Position numbers and translations under genes: made by a program. A stretch of 64,000 bases of DNA, taken from NCBI RefSeq assembly GCF_036971445.1, contig NC_091476.1, positions 101,246,001 to 101,310,000 of the forward strand. Direction: 5' to 3'. Below the pieces are notes generated by a model. The model saw only the letters and a list, made by a program, of their open reading frames with translations. It made no database searches and was not told the origin of the DNA. This document shows positions 1 through 13,234 of this stretch, one piece after another. This DNA comes from Narcine bancroftii (Eukaryota). Every line of letters begins with the position of its first letter. The stretch's first letter is position 1.

Positions 1-1040
1 CAATTAAACATCACACTGAGTCCCCTGAGAGGATTCTATTCTTTTCTCTCAATTCTTCCATCTCCATCGTATCAGAAGAAGAGGTTTTCCAATACAGATC
101 ATCTTTCTTCCAAAATAGTGTCTTCCCCTCCACCATCAACTCAGCCCTTACCTGTATTTCCTCTACTTCCTGCTTATCTGCTTTGGCTTCCCCTTTCCCC
201 TGGATATAATAAAAGCAGGATTCCCTGTTCTTACCTACCACCCCACCAGCCTCCACATCCAACATATTATATTCCGCAACATCCGTTGCCTACAACATGA
301 TTCCATTGCCAGACACATCTTAGCTGCTCCTCCTCCCCTCTCCATGACTCCCACATCCACTAATCCCTTCCCAATAATCACCCCTTTGGTACCTTCCCCC
401 AAAACTCCTCCCTTACCACCATTTGGAGCCTGAAACAGTCCTTCCAAGTGAAGCGACACATCATCTTCGAATTTGCAGAAGTTACCTACTGCCTCCAGTG
501 CTCCCATTGTGGCCTTCTTTACATCAAAGAGACTGGACACAGACTGGGAGTACACTTCACTGAGCACCTTCATATTGTCTGCATCAATGATAGGAATCTC
601 CTAGTGGTCAACTGTTTCAATACTGCACCCCATTCATGCTAAACCAAGGCTACCTGTAAATTGGAGGAGCAGCACCTAATATTCCATTTGGGCACTGTCC
701 AACCAAGTATCATTAACATTGATTTCTCCAATTTCACTTGCTCACTCCCTTTTCTCCCTCTCTTCCTCATCCCTCTTTCTTCTTTCCTCCAGTTCTCCAC
801 CCCTTCCCTCTCCATTCACAGAGCCAATGCCCCACTCCCTGTTTGCCGGTGTGCCCTCCCTCCCTTATCGACCCATTACCTCCTGCCTGTGGGACTGTGC
901 TTGTCCCCCTGCCCCTACCATCACCATTTTGTTCAGATACCTGTCTACATTTTGCTCAAGCCCGAAATGTTGGAATTGTATCTTTTTCTTCACTCATTCG
1001 ACCTGCTAAATTTTTACAGCTTTATGTTTTTACTTCAGTC
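1..1040 (+). mobile_element. Decayed Penelope-like element, 3' part (GIY-YIG endonuclease and pseudo-LTR)
   Basis: Frame 448-642 reads VTYCLQCSHCGLLYIKETGHRLGVHFTEHL (GIY-YIG with CxxC), followed by EEQHLIFHLGT. Homologous to 49030-49660. Confidence 0.8.
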
Positions 1041-1045
1041 ATGGT

Positions 1046-1860
1046 GTCTGCAGACCTTCATGTTACATAAGGACATAAGAAGTAGGAACAGGAGTAGGCC
1101 ATCTAGCCCATCAAGCCTGCTCTGCCATTCAATGAGATCATGGGTGATCTGATGAAAGGGTCATCTCCACTGACCTGACTTTTCCCCATAGCCCTTAATT
1201 CCCCTGCAAAGTACAAATCAATCTAACCTTATCTTAAATATATTTACTGAGGTAACTTCCACTGTAACAAAGAGCAGCAAATTCCACAGATTCACAACCC
1301 TGTGGGAAAAACAGTTCCTCCTCATCTCTGTCCTAGATCTAAAACCCTGAATCTTGAGGTTATGTCCCCTAGTTCCAGTCTCCCCCACCAATGGAAACAA
1401 CTTACCTACCTCCATCTTATCTATGCCTTTCATAATTTTATGTTTCTATAAGATCCTCTCTCATTGTTCTAAATTCCAACAAGTACACACCCAGATAACT
1501 CAATCTCTCCTCAGAGGCTAACCCCATCATCTTTGGAATCAACCTGGTGAACCTCCACTGCACCGCCTCCAAAGGCAGTACATCCTTCCTCAAGTAAGGA
1601 GTTCAGAACTGCACACAATACTCCAGATGCAGCCTCACCAGTACCTTGTATAGTTGTAACCTAACCTCACTGCTCATAAACTCAGTCCCTCTAGCAATGA
1701 AAGCCAACATTCCATTTTCCTTCTTGATAGCCTGCTGTAGCTGAAAACCAACCTTTTGCAATTCATGCACAGGCACCCCCATGTCTTTCTGCATGGCAGC
1801 ATGCTGCAATCACTTACCATTTAAATAATACTCCGATCTTCCATTTTTCCTTCCAAAGTG
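1046..1860 (-). mobile_element. CR1 LINE 3' fragment
   Basis: Frames LYKVLVRLHLEYCVQF and TRGHNLKI...FSHRVVNLWN are the CR1 ORF2 C-terminus; short tandem tail at about 1046-1060. Confidence 0.85.
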
Positions 1861-1865
1861 TTTTA

Positions 1866-2470
1866 CTCATTCAGCTCACCAGGTCTGTGCCGACCATCAT
1901 TTACACTAATGTAACATTGATTCCAATTTCCTTTTACCTTCCGCACATTCTCATCACTCCTCCCGCTGTTCCTCAGCCCCTCCCCTGGCCTAATTCTCCT
2001 GTTCACTGTTACACAAGGGTCAATTTACAATGGCCAATTCACTTACCAACTAGCATATCTTTGTGATGTGACAGGGAACTGGAGATCCTGGAGAAAATCC
2101 TGGGGCAGCACAGTTGGCATAGCGATTAGCACAAAGCCTTTATAGCGCCAGCGATCAGAACTGGGTCTTGAATCCCACACTGTCTGTAAGGAGTTTGTAC
2201 ATTCTCCCCATGTCTATGTGGGATTTCCCCGGGGGCTCTGGTTTCCTCCCACCATTCAAAAATGTGCTGGGATGTCAGTCAATCTTGTACAATTGGGCGG
2301 CACGGACCGAAATGGCCTCTTATCGTGCTGTATGTCTAAATTTATTTTTAAAAATTAAAACACACAGGAAGAGAGTGCAAACTGCACACAAGTGACACCC
2401 AAGGTCAGGATTGAACCCAGGTCCCTGGTGCTAGGGGCAGTAGATCCACCAGCTCCACCACTGTGCTGCA
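1866..2470. mobile_element. Nested tRNA-derived V-type SINEs (plus copy about 2102-2345 inside a minus copy)
   Basis: Core GAGTTTGTACATTCTCCCCATGTCT..GTGGG..TTCC..GG..CTCTGGTTTCCTCCC with A/B-box-like head. The same family recurs at about 4010-4255, 22100-22610, 23445-23585, 26035-26340, 27005-27270, 44255-44505, 55110-55340 and 63110-63270. Confidence 0.75.
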
Positions 2471-3203
2471 TATATTTCGATTTCACACCCTTTGAAAAGG
2501 AACTGCCTGAATCTCATTTGCTAAATGAACCAATCTCATGATCAGGGGCCCTCATTGCAGAGATTGCGATTGTGAAGCTGTGCTTTATGACTGCACAGTC
2601 TACCTCAGTCAGTGCACAGCACTCACCATGACGCCATCACACAGTGTAATGCTTAGCAAGCACTGCTCAGAATTGCTTCTTGTGAACATGGCAAATTCTT
2701 TTCTCCTAAACTCAGTTGGTGAAATTGCTACTTACAAGAAAAGGCTTTCTGTTCATTGATCTGGAAGGCTGCTCAGTGAAGGAAAATGCCATTAAAAATC
2801 CACCCAGCTAAGGTCAAGCTTCTAAATGTTGTAATGAAGAAAGACACACAGAAGTTAGAGAATACCCATTTAAATTTTACATGAACCATTGCTGCTTGCT
2901 GCTTCTATTACCTGATTAGCATTTTTCAATATTAAACAATATTTCCTTCTGATAGGGTTCATCTGAAACAAAGGCAATATTGTCCCTGTATGAACAGTCT
3001 GAATTTTAATGAGGAAGGTAGATTTTGGTGTCATTTTATTATTTTTTTCTGTACAGTCAAAATGGTAAACTGTGAAACAACTCAACAAATGCTTACACCA
3101 TGATTGCTGGCTATTAGCCAGGGGTTATATTTGCTGCAGCAGGTGTCTAAACGAATCCAGAGAATACCAGTCGTTTATATAAAATATAAGATCATTTCCA
3201 TTA

Positions 3204-3354
3204 TCTTTGGCTTGGCTTCGCGGACGAAGATTTATGGAGGGGGTAAAAAGTCCACGTCAGTTGCAGGCTCGTTTGTGGCTGACAAGTCCGATGCGGGACA
3301 GGCAGACACGGTTGCAGCGGTTGCAGGGGAAAATTGGTTGGTTGGGGTTGGGTG
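3204..3354 (-). mobile_element. 5'-truncated RTE LINE, 3' end only
   Basis: Near-identical to the 3' end of the long RTE at 36720-36870. Confidence 0.9.
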
Positions 3355-3439
3355 CAAAATAGAACACTTGCCTCTTTTGGTCTTAAGGTTATCAATGTCT
3401 ACATACCATCAGGCCAACATGAAACTAGTGCGGTCCGAA

Positions 3440-4640
3440 CTACTCACCACCAAGAAACAACCTGGAAACAAAGTATCCCAAGGCTGCATTGATAACAGCC
3501 AGGGACATCAACCAAGCCAACCACAAGAGCCCTCCAGTGATCCCAATACACTTGTCCACTGCTCAACAATAAAAAATGCCTTCCATTCCATCCCTCATGC
3601 ATATTTCGGCAAGTCAGATCAATAAACTGTGCTGTTGCTAACCGCCTACAAGGGAAGACCCAGAAGAGCACATCATTCAACTACTGACTGAGGATACAGT
3701 CAACATCCTACAAAACTGCTTTGAATTGACAGTCTAGTCCCTATTCAAGGATTCAGCAAAATACCCTGATGACTATATCACCGTCATTTCTGACTTCATT
3801 AGCAAGTGTGTAAAGGACTGCATGACCTAGAAGACAATAAAGGCATTCCCCATTTGGAAATCATGGATGATCCATGATATTGTCTTGCTGATGAAGGCCA
3901 GGTATGAGTCATTCAATTCAGCACTCCCAGATCTTTGCACAAAATCCAAGTGTGGTCTTCAGGGAACCTAAGGGGCAATCTCACCCCAGATGAAAATCCC
4001 AAGAGAACATTTTTATTTTATTCAGACATATAGCATGGAAACAGGGCATTTCAGCCCATGGGTCTGTGCTGCCCAATTCACACCCAATTAACCTACACCC
4101 CTAGTATGTTTTAAATGGTGGGAGGAAACCAGAGCCCCCAGGGAAAACCCACACAGACATGGGGAGAATGTACAAACTCCTTGAATTTGAACCCCGGTCC
4201 CAATCACTGGCGTAGTGAAGGCATTGTGCTAACCGCCATGCCAACGGTGCCACCCATCATGGATACCCAGCAACTATGGCAAGACATGCATGCTATCACA
4301 TAATTTTATGTTTCTATAGCAAGAGTGCAACACCTCCCGATGAGCTATATGTGTTCTATACTCCCTTCAAACAGGGAGACCTCCACATCAACTACTACAT
4401 ACACTTCTGCAACGATGAAGCTGAAATTAGGTGGGCCTTATGAAGGGTGAGCCCACAGAAAACTGTCCCAGGGTGGGTTCTGTGAGTCTGCACAGATCAA
4501 CTGTGGCCACATTTACAGACATCTTTAATCAATCCCTGAAATAGGCTGTAGTACCCACTTGTTTCAAGAAGGCCATCATCATACCAGAACTGAAGAACAA
4601 TCGCAGGCTTAAATGATGACTGTCCAGTGGCTCTGACATT
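3440..4640 (+). mobile_element. Decayed Rex1/Babar-type LINE internal fragment, interrupted by a SINE at about 4010-4255
   Basis: TIKNAFHSIPHAYFGKSD (APE C-terminal SDH region) and PTCFKKAIIIP / PVALT RT-proximal motifs. Confidence 0.65.
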
Positions 4641-4679
4641 TATTTGATGTGATACCACATGTCATATAAAGATTAAATA

Positions 4680-4965
4680 TTGACACCAGAAATACATTCC
4701 CCAGATTCTAGCCAGAAAAGATGCCTTTCCCATCCATCTAAGAGGGCAGAGAAAGCCCTGTTATAAGTCTCATACAAAAGATCCCTTGGGACCATCTTTA
4801 CGAAGAGTTGTAGCATCATCCCTGGTGCTCTCACCAGCATTTATCTCCAGATGAACATCACAAAAACATTTAATCCAATCATAATCACATTAAGAGTATA
4901 TAATTCTGCTGCATTCAAATTGGGTTACTGTGTTCCTTACACCAAAACTGTGACAGTAGTTCAAA
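4680..4965 (+). mobile_element. Ancient Deu-domain SINE relic
   Basis: AAAAGATCCC..GG..CA.T..GAAGAG ... CCTGGTG..CT..CCA.CATTTATC ... AAATTGG pattern of the Deu core. Similar relics at about 24860-25130 and 42720-42940 (+), and 53950-54150 and 63330-63500 (-). Confidence 0.55.
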
Positions 4966-4966
4966 G

Positions 4967-5157
4967 TACAATAAAACAAACGCGTTAGCCCGAATTCAAG
5001 CAATCAGCAAAAAATAAAAAGGTAAAATATATGGAAGTTTAAAAAAGGCGTGTCTTGACATCAATTCGCCAATCTAAGCAACACACAATCTCAGAAAATT
5101 CACTTATCCAGCATCTACCAATCCTCATAGGTGCTGGACACCAGGGGTTTTACTGCA
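4967..5157 (-). mobile_element. Short Tc1/mariner-pogo-type MITE
   Basis: Terminus ...CCAGGGGTTTTACTG; reverse complement matches the element at 63779-64000. Confidence 0.65.
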
Positions 5158-5554
5158 CTTTTTTTTTGTTTTCTAATGACCAGAACAATATAACAATATA
5201 ATTGTACATTACAATACAATTGTAAAGTCAGTATTATAATCAACATTATACTAACTCAGGGGGCTGATTTCCAGTTTTCTAGTGATGCATGGGAGTGACC
5301 CGCACTATTGAGAGGGTTCACATTGGCCTACAGACAGGGTAAAGCTCAAGCAGGGATCTCTGCTCACTATTTGTGTTTTCAACACATCTTGATGCAAAAA
5401 CACAGAACATGGATAATGAGGATCCATAATACTGTCTACCATTTTTCAGTTGTTTCATATTTTTTAACATCTGTATGAATGCCTGCATTTGCTTACCACC
5501 AAATATATTATATACTTCATACTTTGGGACTGTTTTCTTGAAATTAAAGAAGGT

Positions 5555-6012
5555 GAGAGGTGACCTATAGGGGTTTAAAAATATTGAGGGACAGAGTTAA
5601 GGCTTTTTTTTTCTGGAGTGGGGAGTCTAAAACTAGAGGGCATAAGATTAATGTAAGAGGGAAAAGGTTTAAAGGGGATCTGGAAGGCCATATTTTCACA
5701 CAGAAGATGGCAGATACGGGATACGGGATGAGCTGCCAGAGGAATTGGTAGAGATGAGTTGAAAAGACATTTGGATCCATTCATGGATAGGAAAGATTTA
5801 GAGGGATATAGGCCAAATGAAGGCAAATGGGATTAGCTCAGAACAGCATCTGGATCAAAGTTCAAATTTATTGTCAGAGTATATACATATAACCTTGAAA
5901 TTCTTTTTCTGCATGATTTAATGATTTCTATACCAGTAACTGTAAACTCTAAACAAATGAGCATCGATTAGTTGGGCTAAAGGGCCTGTTTCTGTATCGT
6001 AAAATTCTATGA
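5555..6012 (+). mobile_element. CR1 LINE 3' end
   Basis: KTRGHKINVRGKRFKGDL motif followed by a CR1-type 3' UTR. Confidence 0.75.
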
Positions 6013-6442
6013 TGCTTCAGAATTCACAAAATTATTCACAGATGTAGACTGGATTTTTATATTATGCAAATCTACTAAATTCATCAAAGATACAAGAATC
6101 TCACGAAGTATTCAGCAATGATACCATTTAGATTGTCCCTCAGCAAGGGTAGTGCATGCTATGGGTTATAACAGCATCTCCTTGGAAACTGATTCATTCT
6201 ATACATTCATGGATTGTTGTTACTTCAAATGAATCAAAAATCAGATTGGCTAAAACAAGCACTGAGCAGCAAGTTTTGGCAATGTAAGAGCACAAATAAT
6301 GTGATCGTCCTTAATTAACTCCCAGCTGTATGACCACAGAAACTCACAATATGGTGAATCAATCATAAAGTTGGAATGTGATAAAAGATAGATACAAGAA
6401 ATTAAACAATATTTAGATTAACTTATGTTTCATAGCCTATTA

Positions 6443-8220
6443 CAGAGGAACCCTGTTATAGTGTGATGGTTCAGGTCCAAAAAATATTGGATCACGATAA
6501 GAGCGTGGGTCGCGCTAAATCAGGGTCACAAAAGCAGTCTTTTCAAAAAAATAAAGAACACGTGTACAATACCTGTATTTGCAATCTCTCTTTTTATTTC
6601 TTACAATCATCATTTTATTTCTTAAAAAAGCAATCACGTGTTCGTTGCCTGAACTTAGCTTGAGCTCCAAAATGCTTCTGAGCTGGAGGATTTTTATGTA
6701 GCCCACATTCCGGGTCCTAGTTAATGTAGGCTGGCCTCCAGGTACTCAGTGGCTTCAGGCAATTCTGGGGGTGGGGGTGGAGGCTCCTCATTGTCATCCT
6801 CCTGTGGTTCGGGAACCAGTGCTATAGTAACGTTACAGACGATCTCGGAGTCTGTCAGATGCTCATATGTTGGGCATTCGTCATCGGCAGAGTACCACTG
6901 TGAAAATCCTCTTTGCTAATTTGAAACACCCTCTGCGCCTCACCCACCTCTTCATCCATGAAGCCGTAGAATTCCTGCTCATTATCATCTTCATTGGTGG
7001 ATTTTTGTGATGTAAAGGCTGGACCTAGGCCCTTCTCCCAACAATTTTCCACACACAAGGAGCTGACTGTTGCCCAGCCCTTCCCACCTAAGGGGCAAAC
7101 TTCTTTAACATTAATGCTTTTCAGATATTCTTCCAGCGTTGTTGAGTCATCTACAATTCTACAAATTAATTAATGTATGCAATTCTGCTTGAACATGGAG
7201 ATGATCCCCTGATCTAGGCGCTGGATCTTTGGGAGGTAAGAAACTCAATCTTTCTGTAGCGTCGTAATAAGTTGGCAGCTGGCAAGTGGGTGGGACAGTT
7301 GTCAAGCAAAAGAAGAGTGGGGACAGCAGGGACAAAAGTTATGTAAAACCAATCCTCAAAGATGACACTGGTCATCCAAGTGCTGCTACTATGCGTGTAC
7401 TTGAATGTTAACTACTTCATGTTGACCTGATGGAAACAGTGGGGGAGAGCAAAATTTGCCAATCATGAGTGGTTTTAACTTATGTGTTCCAATCTTGTTA
7501 ACACAAAACTATCTTTGTGTTGTTTGAACCCCTCACGTCGATGGGCGTCATCTTTGTTAGACAGTGTGTGGTCTGGGATCAACCTGTTTCGTCACAGTCT
7601 TATACTTCTTCTTTGACGTCACCACTTTCTTCTAAGAGAGTTTTTAGTTATGCCGGGAACATGCAGCAGCACGGTCTGCTGAGCGACTTCTCCAGACATT
7701 AACATTTGAGAAATCCCGTGACAGTGTTTAAAACAGTCTTGGCATCCATTGCTAGCTTTGAACTATGAAGTTTCTCCATTGATCAGCTGGTCAAACTTCT
7801 CGGATTGAGCTTTGAGAATAGGCCCGGAAATTGGAAGGCCTTCTGAGCACGCTTGAATGGACCACTCATGCAGGGAGTTACTGAGGTTGCCATCACTGGC
7901 TGTCTTCATGTGTTTGGCCTTTAGTTCCACCTCTTCCTCAACCTTCCAAAGTGACGCACGTAACTTATCTTCCTGAGATTTTCCAGCCACAAAGTGTTGA
8001 ATCATGTATGCTGAGGTCCCATGCAACTTGGGTCTGACTTTAATTCTTGATCATGTCAAGTGCCTGAAGCTTATCTATCACAGAAAAAGATTTTCATCTT
8101 CTAATGGTGTGTTCCATTTTGATCGGAAAACAATTTCAATTCCATAAAGAGGAAAAAAAAAGGGGGGTTCACTGGTTGATCGCATTATATCTGGGGTCTT
8201 GTTAAATCGGGGTTCCACTG
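6443..8220 (-). mobile_element. Tigger/pogo DNA transposon, full-length but with a disrupted transposase
   Basis: TA|CAGAGGAACCCTGTTATA ... TTAAATCGGGGTTCCACTG|TA (TIRs plus TA TSD). Minus-strand motifs: CENP-B-type HTH (GLPISGPILKAQSEKF), DETG, MTSVIFEDWF, LLLDNCPTH, LDQGII. Multiple frameshifts. Confidence 0.85.
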
Positions 8221-8411
8221 TATTATTATTGTTATTTGATGTGTCAAATGTTAAAAAAAAACATGCACCATATCAGTATCAAATATGAATTTTACAGATT
8301 TCATTTTTTCCCCATATTTATGTAACTCCTTGACTAGGCAGATTATAATGGAGATATCTTGCATCATGTCACTTGTGGCACATTATAACATGTATGGGTT
8401 GTGTTACTCAC

Positions 8412-8558
8412 CATTTACTGTGACATATACCCAGCTGCCATTGTGGAATGTGTCATATTGCTGGTCCAACATAAGCACTTTACATTCATACCATCCCTGG
8501 TCCTCTGAGCGGAGCTGGTCAATTCGCAAAGAAGCCTTGTCATATAGACTGGCTCGAC
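8412..8558 (-). CDS. IGSF9B: Internal coding exon of IGSF9B (protein turtle homolog B), second half of the first Ig domain
   Basis: Translates to (G)RASLYDKASLRIDQLRSEDQGWYECKVLMLDQQYDTFHNGSWVYVTVN, which I recognise as the IGSF9B/turtle Ig1 segment (DQGWYEC F-strand motif). Acceptor ttttggttttgcag| at 8559-8560, donor |gtgagt at 8411-8410. Length 147 bp, phase 1-1 as typical of Ig-domain exons. Paralog IGSF9 is less likely but not excluded. Confidence 0.9.
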
Positions 8559-8779
8559 CTGCAAAACCAAAATAAGGATCAGTACACATTAATAGAGGAA
8601 ATTCAGATATCCAGAAATTAATACATGGTTATAGTTACATTGAAGTAATTCCAATTGTCAGACTAAAACCACAAAACAAATCTCATTGACAATGCAGGGG
8701 AGAGAAGTGGTCTGGTAGAATACTTTAACTAATATCAATGCATGACATAACCATGCAATTAAAACCTGCTTCAGAATTC

Positions 8780-9280
8780 TCATGGAAACTTAAGGAAGTT
8801 CAGCATGTCCCCTTTGTCCCTCAACAATGTCTACAGGTTTAACACTGAAAGCATACTTGCTATCAAGGCATGGGAGCTGTTCTGCTAAAAATCGGAAGAA
8901 GCTGTAAAAGACAGTGAAAATAACTCAGAGCATCATGCAAACTTCCCACCCCTCCATTGACTTCATCTACATCTCTCGCTGCCTTGGAAAGATCCATCAC
9001 ACCCCAGACACATTCTCTTTCCCTTCCTCCCATCGGCAATAAGGCTCAAGAGTGTGAAACTGCATTCCAACAGGCTTAAAGACAGTTTTCTCACTGCAGC
9101 CATCAATCAGTCAACAAATCCCACAAATGAGCTGCAGTGCTGCCCTTGCTTGGTGCTAATTTTTTTTTCCATTTTAACTCTGCACTTTTTAATTGTGCTC
9201 AGTCTGTTAGACTGCTTGGATAAGAACCCTTCTGACTGCATTAGGTATGAACATGAAAAATGCATGTGAATTTAAACTTA
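8780..9280 (+). mobile_element. Rex1/Babar-type LINE 3' fragment
   Basis: LRKFSMSP...NVYR...ESIL and RLKDSF motifs. Same class as 23810-24305, 25290-25770, 34330-34880, 35500-35820, 41400-42260 and 42950-43980. Confidence 0.6.
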
Positions 9281-10099
9281 AATCATAAGATTTGTGCAGT
9301 GGTTAAAATGTGGCCTTCAGCTGCAAAGAATAGTGATACCTGCAGGATGAGAAATGAGCCATTTAATTAATTTTAAACATTGTTTATAATTACAGGAACA
9401 GGATTTCAAGGGAAGTTGACATCAGATAAAAATTTATCCCTAATTCTTGCACCTCAGAATCTGCCTCTACATTCCGGCCACTCCATGCAGTGCCAATTAT
9501 CATCCATTTTCTCGTTTGCGCCAAAAGATAGTCATTGCAACTAATGACAATACACTACTGTGCCGCTGAACAAGCTGTGCTTTCGGTGCCAGGCAGCCCA
9601 GAGGCAGATCCTGGATGGCTCATTCAGTTACTCTAATTGTACCTGGCAGCTGCATCACGCACTTTCATTTTGATAAACTACATCCATAATGCCAGCAAAT
9701 AATACGTATTCTGCCAACTTCTGGAAGGAAAAGCAATCCCCCGATCCAATAATATTTATTACTACTTACCGTGAACCAATTATATTTATTACTATCCATG
9801 AAATTTTTGTCACTTCATCAGATGACTGGTTATAAATTCATTTCTAAATTAAACCTAAGCTGCAATCAAAAAAGTTAATGATGAAGTGGTCTCAAAAAGA
9901 ACTAGAAAAAATCTAGAAATTAAAAAATATTGATTTTCTTATTACAATGGGAACAGAGTTTTATACTGAATTGGCAGGGGGAGGGGAACCAGACTGGATA
10001 GGAAGAAGAACATAGGGGTAGTTCCAATAGACTGTGAAATCTCAAAGCCGGAGGGAGCAAAGAGGGATAGGAAAGTTTCAGAGAGGGTGTCAGGTAGCA

Positions 10100-12960
10100 A
10101 ATTGGAGAGAGCAGGGTGGTACAGTTTCAAGGTATTATATATGAATGCACGGAGTATAAGGAATAAAATGGATGAGTTTGAGGTGCAAATGGACATTGGA
10201 GGTTATGATGTTATTGGAGTAATGGAGACATGGCTGCAGGAGGGACAGGATTGGATAATTAATGTTCCAGAATATGCGCCCTATCAAAAAGACAGAAAGT
10301 TAGGTAGAGGAGGTGGAGTGGCTCTGTTGGTGAAGAATGAAATTCAGGCAATGAAAAAGAAAGACATTGAATCAGGTGGAGTAGAGTCTGTTTGGAGAGA
10401 GTTGAGAAATTGCAATGGCTAAAGAACCATAATGGTAGTTATATACAAACAGTGGCTCTGATGTGGGAATCAGTACAAGTAAAGAATTAAAAATGGCATG
10501 TCAGAGTGGTAGTGATACAGTAGTTATGGGTGACTTCAACTTGCAAGTGGACTGGGAATATCAAGTGGGAAAGCTAGAGAATGAGTTTATTGAATGTCTC
10601 CGAGATACATTCCTGGAGCAGCTTGTGACGGAACCTACCAGGGAAAGTCGATTCTGGACTTGATACTGTGTAACGACGTAGAGTTAATAAGGGACCTTGA
10701 GATAGGGGTGCCATTAGGTAATAGTGACCATAATATGATTACTTTTAATCTGCAAATGGAAAGGGAGAAAAGAAGGAAGTCAGAAACATTAGTGCTACAG
10801 CTAAATAAGGGTGACTATACAGCTATGAGGGAGGAGCTAGCCAAAATAAAATGGAAGGACATTCTAGCTGGGAGGACAACTGGGCAAAAATAGCAGGTAT
10901 TTCAAGATATTTTTCACAGGATTCAGAATAGATTCATCCCAAAGAGGAGGAAAGGCTCTTCGAAGAGCAAATGGCAGCCGTGGCTGACAAAGGAGATTAA
11001 GAGCAGTATCAGGTCTAAAAGAAATAAGTATAAGATGGCAAAGCAGAGTGGGAGGTTAGAGAATTAAAAGCCATCAGAGAGAAACTAAGAAAGTCATTCA
11101 CGAGGGGAAATGAACTACGAGGGCAAATTGGCAAGTAATATAAAATGGGATAGCAAAAGCTTCTTCAGATATGTTAAAAGGAAGAAATTGGTTAGGGCAA
11201 AAATTGGGCCTTTGAAAAGGGAGAAAGGTGAAATTATCATTGGGGACATGGAGATGGCTGAGGAATTTAACAATTACTTTCACCAAGGAGGATATGGGTT
11301 ATGATCCGAATAGGGGTATCTAGGGACTTGGTGAAATTACCGAAGGCAACAGAGAATTTGATGGATATTCAGATCCAGAAGCAGGTGGTTGTGAGCAAAT
11401 TGTTAGAACTGAGGCCTGATGGGCTGCATCCCAGTTGCTTAGAGAGGTTGCTCTGGAAATTGTGGAAGCACTAGTTGACATTTTCCAAAGTACTTTAGAT
11501 TCCGAGGAAGTGCCTGCAGACTGGAGAGTGGCCGATGTTGTACCACTTCTTAAGAAGGGAGGGAGAGAGAATATGGGAAATTATAGACCAGTCAGCCTGA
11601 TGTCAGTAGTGGAGAAGATATTGGAATTCATCATTAAAGGAGAAATAACAGAACATTTAGGAAGGAATAATAGTATAGGCATTAGTCAGCATGGGTTCCT
11701 TAAAGGAAAAATTTCCTTGACTAATCTCCTGGAATTTTTCGAGGACGTAACAAGGAGGGTGGACACAGATATGGGTAGATGTGGTGTACTTGGACTTTCA
11801 GAAAGCCTTCGATAAAATCCCACACAATAGGCTAGTTTGCAAAATCAAGGAGCATGATATCGGGGGTAGGGTGCTGTCATGGAGAGATAATTGGTTGAGA
11901 AATAGGAAACAAAGGTTTGGGATAAACGGGTCATTTTCTGGATGGCAGAATGTGACAAGTGGGGTCCCGCAGGGGTCGGTGTTAGGCCCTCAGTTGTTTA
12001 TCATTTATGTAAATTATTTGGATGAGGGGATAAATAACTACATATACAAATTCGCAGATGACACTAAACTGAGTGGCAGTGTAAAGAGTGAGGAGGATGT
12101 CAGGAAATTGCAAGGGTACTTGGACAGTTTAGGGGAATGGCCGGAAAGATGGCAGATGAAGTTTAATGTGAGTAAATGTGAGGTTGTCCATTTTGGAGGC
12201 AGAAACAAGAGAGCAGAATATTATTTACATGGAGTTAAGCTAGGGAGTGGGGTAATGCAAAGGAATCTGGGCATACTTGTTCACCGGTCATTGAAAACTA
12301 GCATGTAGGTTCAGCAAGTGGTGAAGAAGGCGAATGGTATGTTGGCTTTCATAAAGAGGGGATTGGAGTATAGGAGTAGAGAAGTCCTCCTGCAGTTGTA
12401 CAGGGCCCTGGTGAGACCTCACCTGGAGTATTGCATCCAGTTCTGGTCCCCATATTTAAGAAAGGACATACTTGCTATAGAGGGAGTGCAGCGCAGGTTT
12501 ACAAGGTTAGTTCCCGGGATGGCAGGATTGTCATACCCTGATAGGTTAGAAAGACTTGGATTATATGCGATGGAGTTTAGAAGGATGAGGGGAGATGTGA
12601 TTGAGGTATTTAGGATTATCAAAGGGCTTGACAGGGTGAAATCAAAGCACATGTTCCCAATGATGGGTGAGACTAGGACTAGAGGGCATAGTTTAAGAAT
12701 ACAGGGAAGGCCATTTAAGACAGAAATGAGGAGAATTTTTTTTACCCACAGAGTTGTGGGTCTGTGAAATACATTGCCACGGAGGGTAGTAGGGGCGGAT
12801 TCGTTGGATAGATTTAAGAGAGAGTTGGATAAGGCTCTTGTAGGCAGGGGAGTTAAGGATTATGGGGATAAGGCTGTGATTGGTTATTGAAAGGAAAAGA
12901 TCAGTCATGATCCGATAAGCTCGAAGGGCCAATTTACCTACTCCAGCACCTATTGTCCAT
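10100..12960 (+). mobile_element. CR1 LINE, near-complete ORF2 (APE endonuclease plus RT), pseudogenised
   Basis: YMNARSIRNK, ETWL, MGDFN, GNSDHN (APE); NYRPVSL, QHGF, YLDFQKAFD, GVPQGSVLGP, FADDTK (RT); CR1 3' UTR. Several stops and frameshifts. Confidence 0.92.
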
Positions 12961-13234
12961 TATTGAGTCAGCACTGGAGTAATTCGCCAAAATGTAATTT
13001 CCCTGCAAACTCTATCACTGAGAAAAGAAGGAAAAGAGAAGCAATGTCCTAAACCTAAAGAGATGTAATCCTCCTTACCAATTAATCCCTTCGTTAGCTA
13101 ACTTTGAGTGGTAGGTCATGTTTAACCATTGTAATATGAGTTGTTTGAGAAAGTTACCAGAAAAGTTGATGAAGGAAATGTGGATGTTGTCTACATGGAC
13201 TTCAGTAAGGCCTTTGACAAGGTCCCACATGGGA

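Noticed and set aside
2102-2180. tRNA gene
   Set aside because: A/B-box-like head belongs to a SINE; no complete cloverleaf.
3197-3204. Shared TCCATTAT next to RTE tails at 3197 and 36687 as target specificity
   Set aside because: The other four insertion sites do not share it, and the offset to the tail differs.
8404-8589. 61-aa ORF as a stand-alone small gene
   Set aside because: It is the IGSF9B exon plus intronic read-through; splice sites define 8412-8558.
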